The notes under the pieces are model-generated. The model was not told the DNA's origin, searched no databases, and saw only the letters and a list, made by a program, of their open reading frames with translations. From an uncultured Trueperaceae bacterium (GTDB lineage Bacteria > Deinococcota > Deinococci > Deinococcales > Trueperaceae), in contig CAWCXJ010000008.1 of the NCBI GenBank assembly GCA_963799485.1, forward strand, positions 128,001-192,000: DNA of 64,000 nt. Direction: 5' to 3'. Position numbers and translations under genes: made by a program. Position 1 is the first letter of the stretch, and every line of letters begins with the position of its first letter. Of this stretch, positions 20,840 through 29,567 are shown piece by piece.

Positions 20840-21253
20840 ATGAACCGTCAACCCGTTACCGTCGCCGTTACCGAAACCGAATCGGCTTCAGCCCTGCCGA
20901 AAGTTTTGGGGGCGCTGCTGCTGCTGGGCATCACTGTGATTCACTACCTCGACCTGCCCAGTAAAATGGCTGAGACACCCTATCTTGGTTATATGTACAT
21001 CGCCCTGATGATCGGTTTGGTGTTTGCCGCAGGACTGCTCTTTTACAGGCCGCGTACAGGCTGGGCGTTAGGCGGTGCGCTGGCACTCTTGGCTTTTATC
21101 GGTTACTCCGTCAACCGCACGGTCGGCTTGCCTTACGCGATGGGTGACATCGGCAACTGGGCTGAGCCGATCGGGGTCGCGTCCTTACTCGCCGAGGGTT
21201 TGATGGTTGTCTTGAGCGCGGTAATGCTGGGGCGGCGTGCCGGGGCGGTATAG
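20840..21253 (+). CDS. hypothetical 4-TM membrane protein
   Basis: AAGGAG RBS; hydrophobic helices, RTVGLP..GNWAEP. Confidence 0.8.
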   Translation: MNRQPVTVAVTETESASALPKVLGALLLLGITVIHYLDLPSKMAETPYLGYMYIALMIGLVFAAGLLFYRPRTGWALGGALALLAFIGYSVNRTVGLPYAMGDIGNWAEPIGVASLLAEGLMVVLSAVMLGRRAGAV

Positions 21254-21287
21254 TACCTAAGAAAGTACAGGAAACGCAGGTACAAAC

Positions 21288-21455
21288 TCTGGAGTGCGCC
21301 GCCGGTATACACGGTAGGGCCTGACTGACTCGGCCCCGTTCGGGGTAGCTAAATAAAGGTCTGACCCGAAGCCACCTCGAAAACCCTTGTCGGGCTTAGC
21401 CCCAACAAGGGTTTGGGCAGGTGCAAAGCGCAAGCTTGGGCGCGCTCAGTCCGGA
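21288..21455 (+). ncRNA. candidate structured ncRNA or cis-regulatory leader
   Basis: closing stem 21292-21300/21439-21447 enclosing several hairpins, including a GCAA tetraloop. Confidence 0.5.
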
Positions 21456-21504
21456 AAGCCATTTTTGAGCTGAGTTCTAAAAGCTTGACGAAAGGTTTAT
21501 CCGC

Positions 21505-22116
21505 TTGTTCGACCTCGCTACGCTGTTACAAACCGTTCCTTACGTCGGTATCTTCGCTATCTTGTTTGCTGAGAGCGGGGGCTGCTTGTCGGTATCATGC
21601 TTCCGGGTGACAGTCTGCTGATTACGGCGGGGCTCCTCTGCGCTCAGGGGAGCCTGTCGCTCTGAGGTGTCGTCGCCGCCGCCGTTCTAGGTGCAGTTTT
21701 AGGTGATACGACGGGCTACTGGATCGGTCGGCGCTTTGGCCCTGCCGTCTTCAGGCGGCCTGACAGCCGCTTTTTCAAACCGCGCTACGTCGAGCGCGCG
21801 CGGCTACTTTGAACGTTACGCGATGACCACGCTGATTATCGCGCGCTTCGTGCCGATTGTCCGGACGCTCGCCGGGGTCGGTAGAATGCACTATCCGAAA
21901 TTTGTCCTCTACAACGTGGTCGGCGGCGTATTGTGGGGTGCCGGGATTGCCGTAGCCGGGTTTTATCGCGGGCGGCTGCTCCCTCATCTCGACCGCTGTA
22001 TCCTGCTTATCATCGGCGTGGTGTTGGTGGCGTCACTTATTCCGGTAGGGCTCTTCTGTTGTCAACGTGCCGACGCGCGCAGAGAAGTTGCAAAGACGCG
22101 CCGCGAAGCCGAATAA
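21505..22116 (+). pseudogene. dedA: DedA/VTT-family membrane protein pseudogene
   Basis: FAESG / [17 protein letters not shown] / ARFVPIVRT in shifting frames; frameshifts near 21578 and 21800, TGA at 21663. Confidence 0.88.
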
Positions 22117-22145
22117 ACCCTCGAGCTCGCGCAGTTTGTATCCCG

Positions 22146-25059
22146 CTATTCCGGTTCAGCGTAGAGGGCTGCTGCCATCAGTTCGATGAGGTGTTTGGCG
22201 CGTTTGCCGGTGCCGTCTTTAATCTGGTGCCGACACGAAAAGCCGCACGCGACCGTTTCGCCCTCGTGCGCCCTGACAGCCGGAAAAAGCCGCTGTTCGC
22301 CGATTTGCAGCGACAGCTCATGATGAGCATAACCGAAACTGCCGGCCATCCCGCAACACCCTGAATCGACCTCAAACACGTCTTCAGACACCCAACCCAA
22401 CACCGCCTTGGTGCTGCTCGTCCCCTGAATAGCGCGCTGCTGACAGTGCCCGTGAAGCATCACAGGTGTGCCGTTTTTGTAAAAAGCTTGTGCGGGCTCG
22501 AGCCTTCCCTGCGTCCACTCTTTCGCTAAAAACTGGTCGATCATCTTGACGTTTTGCGCCACGGCTTCGGTTTTTTCTCCCGGTACGAGGTCGCGGTAAT
22601 CGTCTTGAAACGACGCGACGCAACTGGGCTCGAGGCCCACCACCGGCACGCCGCGTTCGACATAGCGGTGCAGCGCCTCGACGTTTTTGACCGCCAGCTT
22701 CTTCGCGTCGCGCAGGAGTCCCTTGGAGAGTTGCGGGCGACCGCAGCAGCCGTAACTGACGTGTTCGACTTCGTAGCCCAAAGCTTCCAGCACACGCGTG
22801 GCGGCGGCCCCGACTTCGGGTTCGTTGTACATCGTCCAGGTATCGGCAAACAGGGCGACTTTAGGTTTCCCGGCGTCTTGCGCCCGCGTTTTTTCGTGTG
22901 CCCTGCGCCAGCCGTTAAACGACTGCGCGGCGTACCTGGGCATCACCCGGCGGCGATCGACGCCTGCGGTTTTTTCGACGAGCCAGCGCACCGGTTTAAG
23001 CGGTAAGAGCGCGTTGGCAACCGGCGCAAGGGCGCGGCCCAAAGGGGCAACGGTCGCCGCGTTCCCTAGTGCCCTGGCTGAGAGCGGCGTGCCGTGGTCG
23101 TCGTAGTAGTGCTGCAAAAACTCGTACTTGAGCTTCGCCATATCGACCTGGCTCGGACACTCGGCTTTACACGCTTTACACTCGAGACACAAATCCAAAG
23201 CGTCATAAACCGCCTTGCTGGTCAGGCCACCCTCGAGTCTCCCGTTCATCGCGTCACGCAGCAGGTTCGCCCGCCCGCGCGTCGAATGGTCTTCATCGCG
23301 GGTCGCCATAAACGACGGGCACATCGTCCCGGTGCCGGTTTTACGGCACGCCCCGACGCCGCTGCACATCTCGACCGCGCCCATAAAGCCGTCGTCTTTG
23401 GAAAAATCGAAGTGGGTTTTGAGGGGTTGTACGGTGTAGTCTTCGCCGTAACGCAAAGCTTCGGTTATCGGCGGCGCTTCAACGATTTTGCCGGGGTTCA
23501 TCAGATTGTCGGGGTCGAAGGCGCGTTTAACCTCTCGGAACGCGCCGTAAAGCGTATCGCCAAAGAGCTCGCGGTTTTTGTACGAGCGAATCAGCCCGTC
23601 GCCGTGTTCGCCCGACCACGAACCGCCGTATTTCTGTACCAGGGCGAACGTCTCTTCGCTGATTTTACGGTACGCTTCTAGGCCCTCTTTGGTCTTGAGG
23701 TCTAAGATGGGCCGCACGTGAATCACCCCGACCGACGCGTGCCCGTAAGAGACCATCTTGACGCCGTGCTTGGCGCACACCGCCGCGACTTCAGGGATGT
23801 AGTCGGCCAAATGTTCGGGCGGAATCGCGGCGTCTTCGATAAAGGCGGTGGGTTTGGCTGCCCCCTTGATGGTATTGAATACCCCCAGACCGGCCTTACG
23901 GACGTTCCACACGTCGGCTTGCTCGGCGGCGCTGTCCGCGACGTGCAGATAGTACGTCCGGTTCATCACCTCGGGGTCGGCTTTCATACTCTCGAGCCCG
24001 GCCCGCATCTCGGTTTCGGTCTCGCCGTCGAACTCTACGATTAACACGGCTTCCGGTGAGCCCTGAAGCCAACCCAACAGCGGCGCGAGGTTGGGGTTCT
24101 CGAGCCCCAGCTTCAGCAGATTATCGTCGAGTGTTTCAACGGCTGACGGCCCGTGCCGGTTGATGTACTGAACAGCCTGAAGTGAGCTTTTGAGCGTATC
24201 AAAGTGCAACAGTGCCAAAAGTCTATGCGCCGGAACGGGGGAGAGCTTGACGGTGACGTCCAGAATAAATGCCAGCGTACCTTCGGAACCTGACACCAGT
24301 TTGGCGAGGTTGAAAGGGTGGCCTTCGGTCAGTTCGTCTAGATTATACCCGCCGACGCGCCGCATGACTTTGGGAAAGCGCGCTTTAATCTCCGCTTCGT
24401 GCGCTGTAACCACGCCGTAAACGGTGCGGTATAGCTCGCCCTCGAGTCCCGTCAGCTTCAGCTTCTCTGCAAGCTCAGCCGCAGAAAGTTCCCGAAACTC
24501 GGTGACGGTGCCGTCGATGAGCATCACTGTCATCGACACCACTTGGTCAACGGTTTTACCGTATTTGATGCTCCGCGTTCCGGCGGAATTGTTCGCTACC
24601 ATCCCGCCGAGGTTGGCGCGGTTCGTCGTCGATACGTCCGGGGTAAACTGCAACTTGTAGGGCTTCAAAAACGTATTGAGCTGGTCGCGGACGACGCCGG
24701 GTTGCACCTTTACGGTGCGGGCGGTTTCGCCAAAGTCCAAAATCTCGTCCAAGTATTTCGATACGTCGATGACAATCGCCGCGCCGACCGTCTGACCCGC
24801 CAAACTCGTGCCGCCGCCACGGGGCAGCACCGCAAGCCCGTGCCGCCGCGCCACCACAAGCGTGTGCGCGACGTCGTCCGTACTTTTGGGCAGCACCACG
24901 CCGTAAGGTTTGATTTCGTAGGGGCTGGCGTCGGTGGCGTAAAGCGTGCGGGCGGTGTTGTCGAACCGCACTTCGCCCTGAAGGGCAGCCCGAAGCTCTT
25001 TTGCGACTTGGGCGAGCAGTGTTCATCGGGTGATAGGCGGGAGCCTCGGCGGACATCAT
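22146..25059 (-). CDS. FAD-binding and Fe-S oxidoreductase (YdiJ/D-2-hydroxyacid dehydrogenase-like); apparent frameshift near 25023
   Basis: PRGGGTSLAGQ, SGEHGDG, CxGxGxC, CLECKAC, CCG domains; uninterrupted ORF 22146-24971. Confidence 0.88.
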
Positions 25060-25103
25060 AAAACCAGTATCGCACGGGAGTCTCGGGGCGGGGCGGCCCT
25101 AAC

Positions 25104-25481
25104 TTACCTAAGGCGCAACCTAGCCACCAGCAGATAAAAAGTCAAGCCGAGCAAAATCAGCCAGACGAACACGACAAAAGCTGCGCCCCACCGTGAAGGT
25201 GAGGGAGCTTCAGAGGCGCGGGCTCTCACCTCCGCCATCACGTGTTCCGGCACGAGTTTGAGCGTTAGATAAATCCCCAGCGGCAACAGAATCAGGTCGT
25301 CTAAAAGCCCTAGCACCGGGATAAAATCGGGAATCAGGTCGATGGGCGAAAGCGCGTAGGCGACGACGCAGAGCGCGGCGACGCGGGCGTACCACGGCGT
25401 GTCGGGGTGCCGCTGCGCGTAGGCGAGCGCCGTCACCTCCTGTTTAAGGCGTTTTGCCTGCTGTTTTAGTGAGCTCACCAT
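25104..25481 (-). CDS. YkvA/DUF1232 membrane protein
   Basis: YALSPIDLIPDFIPVLGLLDD. Confidence 0.93.
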   Translation of the reverse strand: MVSSLKQQAKRLKQEVTALAYAQRHPDTPWYARVAALCVVAYALSPIDLIPDFIPVLGLLDDLILLPLGIYLTLKLVPEHVMAEVRARASEAPSPSRWGAAFVVFVWLILLGLTFYLLVARLRLR

Positions 25482-25487
25482 CCAGGC

Positions 25488-27668
25488 TCAGCTCAGTTCC
25501 TCGAGCGGTCGTTCCGAAAGACCGAAAAGCGTCCAGACGGTCTCGGCAAAGGCGGCGTCACTGAGCGCCCGGTACGCCTTGAGAAAGGTGCTGAAGGTGT
25601 AGCGCTCGGTCAACCCGCGCACCAACGTCCTCGAGCTGTACGGATCGCGTTTTTGTCCCCGTAAAACCCGTCCTTGGGTATCTAAGAGTTCAAGTTCTTC
25701 CAACACTTTACGGCACAGGGCGGCTTTGGCGTCGCTGCACCCGAGCGGCGACCCGCGTTGTAAACGGACGAAGGCGGCTCTCGCCTCGGTCAAGGTGGGC
25801 GGCAGCTCGAGCCCGTCCAGCCGCCTCAATTCCCCGTCCGAAAGCTTGAAAAGCACTCCCCTGTGCTCTCTGACAAGTGCGCCCAGCGGTTCGGTGAGGG
25901 TGAGCAGGTCGGCGCTGAGGGGCAGCTCAAGAACTTCTCTCCCGGAAAAATCTGCGGGTGCTCTACTTCTATAAATCGGGTGTAAAGTTTCTGCGGGCGT
26001 GTCCAGCTCGAGCGGTCTTGCGGCCCGCACGCCGTCGGCCAGAAACTCCAGAGTCGTTTTGTTCTGCCAGGTGTTCTCTTTCAGGCTCACTGCTGCGTTG
26101 ATGTGTCCGGCACTCCGAAGTGCGTCGGCAGCCTCCCCCTGGTTCCACGCCACGCCCCTGACCCCGCCGAGCTGCAAGCTGAGGTGCTTGCCGCCGCTAC
26201 CCATACCCCGGACGGTCTCGAGCGCCCCCGAAAGCGCAAACAGCGGAGCCGGGTGCCCGGTACCGTAGGGCTCGAGCTGTCCGACCGCTTTATAAAGGTC
26301 GGCTTCGATTTCGTCGGCGGCGAGCAGCGCGTCGGCGAGCAGTTGGGGTTGCGGCGTCGGGTGTTCCGCCGCGTATTCGCAGATACGTTCCCGAAATGCA
26401 CGGAGTTGTCCGTCACGGAGCGTAAAGCCGGCGGCTTGTGAATGCCCGCCGAACCGCTCCAACAGGTCGCGGGCGCGCTCGAGGCCGCCGACCGCCGAAA
26501 TTCCCGGCGTCGAACGCACCGAACCTTTGCCACCAGCGACGATGTAGACGGGTTTGTAAAAGCGTTCTAAAAGCTTGCTGGCGACGATGCCCATGACGCC
26601 GGGATGCCAGCCCGTGGCTTCCAAGACGAGTGCGGGCGCGGTCGGGTCAACGAGCTCGAGGGCTTCGGCGAGCATCTTGTCTTGCTCCTTGCGCCGGTCG
26701 GCGTTGCGAACGTCCAGGTAGCTTGCGAGTTCCAGCGCGCGCCGCTCCGAGGCGGTAGTAAGCAGCTCGAGGCCCAATTCGGCTTCACCCAACCGCCCGG
26801 CGGCGTTGAGGCGCGGCGCAAGAACAAAAGCGACGTCTCTTGCGGTCACCTCTTTGCCGTGCGTAAGCGTGCGTTTGATCATCGTCCGGAGTCCGGGCCA
26901 GCGCGACTGTGCGAGCTGTTTTAAGCCCGCATTGACCAAAGCGCGGTTTTCACCCAGCAGAGGTGCAACGTCGGCAACCGTGCCGAGCGCCGCCAGGTCG
27001 CTGTAGTCGGTCGGCGGCCCCAGCCCCAGCCGTTCGTGCAGCGCCCATAAGAGGTGATACGCGACGCCCGCGCCGGTCAGTTCCGGCAGCCCTTTTTGGG
27101 CGTAGGGCGACAACGAGGGGTGTACCGTCAAACAGTCCGGCAGCACTTGACCGGGGTGGTGGTGGTCGGTGACGATAACTTCAACGCCGCGCGCCTGCAG
27201 CGCGTGAATCTCGGCGCGGTTGCTGATGCCGCAGTCCACCGTGACGAACAGGTCGGCGTTGGTCGCGTGTTCGGTAACTTTGTCCGGATGAACGCCGTAA
27301 CCCTCACCCAGACGGTTGGGGATAAACGGCGTGACGTTGCCGCCGAGTGCCCGCAAGCCGAGCGTCAGCACCGCCGTGCCACTGATTCCGTCGGCGTCGT
27401 AATCGCCGTGGATGAGGATGCGTTTTTTGTTTGTCAAAGCTTCATGCAAACGTTCGGCAGCCTGCCAGAGTTCGGGGATGCGGGTCAGCTCGAGGGGTGG
27501 TTCAAGCGCCTCTACGTCTATGCCCCTAGCCCACAATATGCTTGCTAGCAGCGGCGGCAAAGACAGCTCGCACACGAGCGTTTCGACCGCGTAGGGCGGC
27601 GCAGCGAGGCGCACGGCCCAACGCGTTTCCGGTAAGGCGGGTTTTGCGGGGATGTCGGTGAGGCTCAT
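25488..27668 (-). CDS. recJ: single-stranded DNA exonuclease RecJ
   Basis: HGDYDADG, TVDCG, TDHH, GTVADV, PRLNAAGR, GGH. Confidence 0.97.
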   Translation of the reverse strand: MSLTDIPAKPALPETRWAVRLAAPPYAVETLVCELSLPPLLASILWARGIDVEALEPPLELTRIPELWQAAERLHEALTNKKRILIHGDYDADGISGTAVLTLGLRALGGNVTPFIPNRLGEGYGVHPDKVTEHATNADLFVTVDCGISNRAEIHALQARGVEVIVTDHHHPGQVLPDCLTVHPSLSPYAQKGLPELTGAGVAYHLLWALHERLGLGPPTDYSDLAALGTVADVAPLLGENRALVNAGLKQLAQSRWPGLRTMIKRTLTHGKEVTARDVAFVLAPRLNAAGRLGEAELGLELLTTASERRALELASYLDVRNADRRKEQDKMLAEALELVDPTAPALVLEATGWHPGVMGIVASKLLERFYKPVYIVAGGKGSVRSTPGISAVGGLERARDLLERFGGHSQAAGFTLRDGQLRAFRERICEYAAEHPTPQPQLLADALLAADEIEADLYKAVGQLEPYGTGHPAPLFALSGALETVRGMGSGGKHLSLQLGGVRGVAWNQGEAADALRSAGHINAAVSLKENTWQNKTTLEFLADGVRAARPLELDTPAETLHPIYRSRAPADFSGREVLELPLSADLLTLTEPLGALVREHRGVLFKLSDGELRRLDGLELPPTLTEARAAFVRLQRGSPLGCSDAKAALCRKVLEELELLDTQGRVLRGQKRDPYSSRTLVRGLTERYTFSTFLKAYRALSDAAFAETVWTLFGLSERPLEELS

Positions 27669-27967
27669 CGGGTAGGGGGCAAGGGCTCTCTGCGCGAAGG
27701 TTCGGGCGTGGGTTCAGCCTCGAGCCCCGCTTTAATCAGCCGCTGGTGGAGCGCCTTGTTTTGCCGGTTGAGCCGTAACACGCGCCCGATAAGGAGCGCC
27801 CAGCCGACGAGAAACCCCAGTAGCAGCGCTGCGGTTACCACCCATACAGTCGGCAACCAGAGAAGAAAGGGCAAACGAATCGTTTGCGGGTTGGCGTAGC
27901 CGAGCAGCACCAGATAAACGCTAAGCAGCAGCAGCAAAACAAGCTGTATTATGCGGACGACCTTCAT
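27665..27967 (-). CDS. LapA-domain-like small membrane protein
   Basis: TM-N-x-Q-x-I-x-L-P-F-TM plus basic helix; leaderless TAGACT. Confidence 0.65.
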   Translation of the reverse strand: MKVVRIIQLVLLLLLSVYLVLLGYANPQTIRLPFLLWLPTVWVVTAALLLGFLVGWALLIGRVLRLNRQNKALHQRLIKAGLEAEPTPEPSRREPLPPTR

Positions 27968-28045
27968 CTTGTTAGTCTACTTCACCCCACTGACGAAATT
28001 CTGAAGTGGCACGTTTAGCTCGCGCCGTTCCCGGTGAGGTGAGCG

Positions 28046-28675
28046 TTAAAGGTCTAGCGGTTCGGGTTGCGCCCCACCTCCGGCGACGAACTCCCGAATC
28101 TGTTTGAGGCGTGCTACAACCTCGCGGCGGGCCGGTTCGATCAGGTCGGCTGCGATCAGGAGCGCGTTGTTGTCTCTGCCGTAAGCGTCGAAACCCGCAG
28201 CGGCCAGCGGCGTGCCGCGCTCGAAAAGTGCTATCGCCCCTGCGAGCGGCAACTCGTAGAGCACCTCGACTTCGCTGCGGTTGAGGCGATAACTCGCCAG
28301 CGGCGCGTCGCGCACGAGCAGGTACGTCTCCTGCAGCTCGTTGTCGATAACGTTCGGGTAGTGACGGCGCGCACGTGTGGTCCCTAGATAGATGAGTTCG
28401 TGAGGTGCCGCGCCAAAGCCCAGCTCTTCGCGGGTCTCGCGGAGAACGTCCGGGAGCGTCTCCCCGGCGCTGAAATGCCCACCGACGGCAACGTCGAGTT
28501 TACCGGGCTCGAGTTTGCCGAGCGCGCGCCGCTGCAGCAAGACGTTGCGCCCGTCTTTTAGCAGCCATACATGCAGGGTACGGTGCAGGTCGCCGGCTCG
28601 GTGAACGGCGTCACGCGTCTTCGTCTCGCCGGTCGGGAAGCCGGCGGCATTTAGTACATCTAAACGCTCACTCAC
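28046..28675 (-). CDS. NUDIX hydrolase (IDI-like)
   Basis: HRxGDLHRTLHVWL, LLQRR, GGH..RETREELG; GTG 28675 preceded by TATAGT. Confidence 0.88.
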   Translation of the reverse strand: MSERLDVLNAAGFPTGETKTRDAVHRAGDLHRTLHVWLLKDGRNVLLQRRALGKLEPGKLDVAVGGHFSAGETLPDVLRETREELGFGAAPHELIYLGTTRARRHYPNVIDNELQETYLLVRDAPLASYRLNRSEVEVLYELPLAGAIALFERGTPLAAAGFDAYGRDNNALLIAADLIEPARREVVARLKQIREFVAGGGAQPEPLDL

Positions 28676-28691
28676 GAGGGTACTATACCGT

Positions 28692-29567
28692 GTGACGCTC
28701 CGTTCAATGACCCGCAGGCGAAGCTGGCGTTTCGGCGTGTATCGGCTTGGACTTTTACTCGTCGGATTGCTTTTGGGAGGTTGCCGTATCGCCGAACCCG
28801 CGTCCGAGCGGAGCTTTGGGTTGGTCATCCCGGTTTACAACGAAGCAGGGCTCGAGGCGGCTTTAACAACCCTAAAACCACATCTGCGCCCCGCCGACCG
28901 TTTTATGCTCGTCTCGGGCAACACCACGGGCCAGGTCGACGTTTCCTGGCTTAACCGGGCGGCGCTCGAGCTGCGCGCCGTCTATCCGGCAACGCCTATC
29001 TACGCGGCGACGAGCGGCCTCGACAACGTAGCGGTAGCGGCGCGCGAAGCTGCCACGCTCATCGAAGCCATCGTCTACATCTACGAACCAAACTTTCCCA
29101 ACCAGCCGGAGTTTAGCTGGGATTTTGAAACGACTTTGACGCACTTTGGCGAGGCCGGGGCGCTCATTCAAAAAAACGGCTTCCGGGCGATTGGCAAACC
29201 GACGGGCAGACCGCTGCTACAGGTTGATTTGCAGTCTTACGCCTGGGATTACGGCAGGCTCGCCGAGACCGTCGACGAGCTGTTTATCCAAACGCAAACC
29301 TATTGTAAGGAGAGCCCACGAGTCTTTGCGTCGGCCCTCGACGCACTTAACGAACAGTACAGGGGCCGCGCCGGGCAGCGTCCGTGGATTCCGCAAGTTA
29401 CCGTCGACCCGGCTGCGCCCAACGGCACGACGGTGGTGCAGGCCCGGGCGTGCCTGGAGGAGGCGAAACAGCGCGGGCGTTCGGGGGCGGTACTCTGGTG
29501 GTCGCCCTCTTTCGTCGAACGGGCGGTCGCGTTTATCGCGGCGCTGAACGCCGACGCCGAGCTTTAG
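28692..29567 (+). CDS. hypothetical lipoprotein, possible TIM-barrel glycoside hydrolase
   Basis: lipobox LLGGC; YIYEP, WDYGRLAETVDELFIQ, GAVLWW. Confidence 0.7.
   Translation: MTLRSMTRRRSWRFGVYRLGLLLVGLLLGGCRIAEPASERSFGLVIPVYNEAGLEAALTTLKPHLRPADRFMLVSGNTTGQVDVSWLNRAALELRAVYPATPIYAATSGLDNVAVAAREAATLIEAIVYIYEPNFPNQPEFSWDFETTLTHFGEAGALIQKNGFRAIGKPTGRPLLQVDLQSYAWDYGRLAETVDELFIQTQTYCKESPRVFASALDALNEQYRGRAGQRPWIPQVTVDPAAPNGTTVVQARACLEEAKQRGRSGAVLWWSPSFVERAVAFIAALNADAEL

Noticed and set aside
21320..21420. Hammerhead ribozyme or HEARO/omegaRNA identity for the structured RNA
   Set aside because: CTGACTGA..GAAA is mis-spaced and stem I cannot form; there is no IscB/TnpB gene or remnant nearby.
28676..28828. 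N-terminal extension of the NUDIX ORF
   Set aside because: It overlaps the divergent lipoprotein gene; TATAGT-N6-GTG supports 28675.
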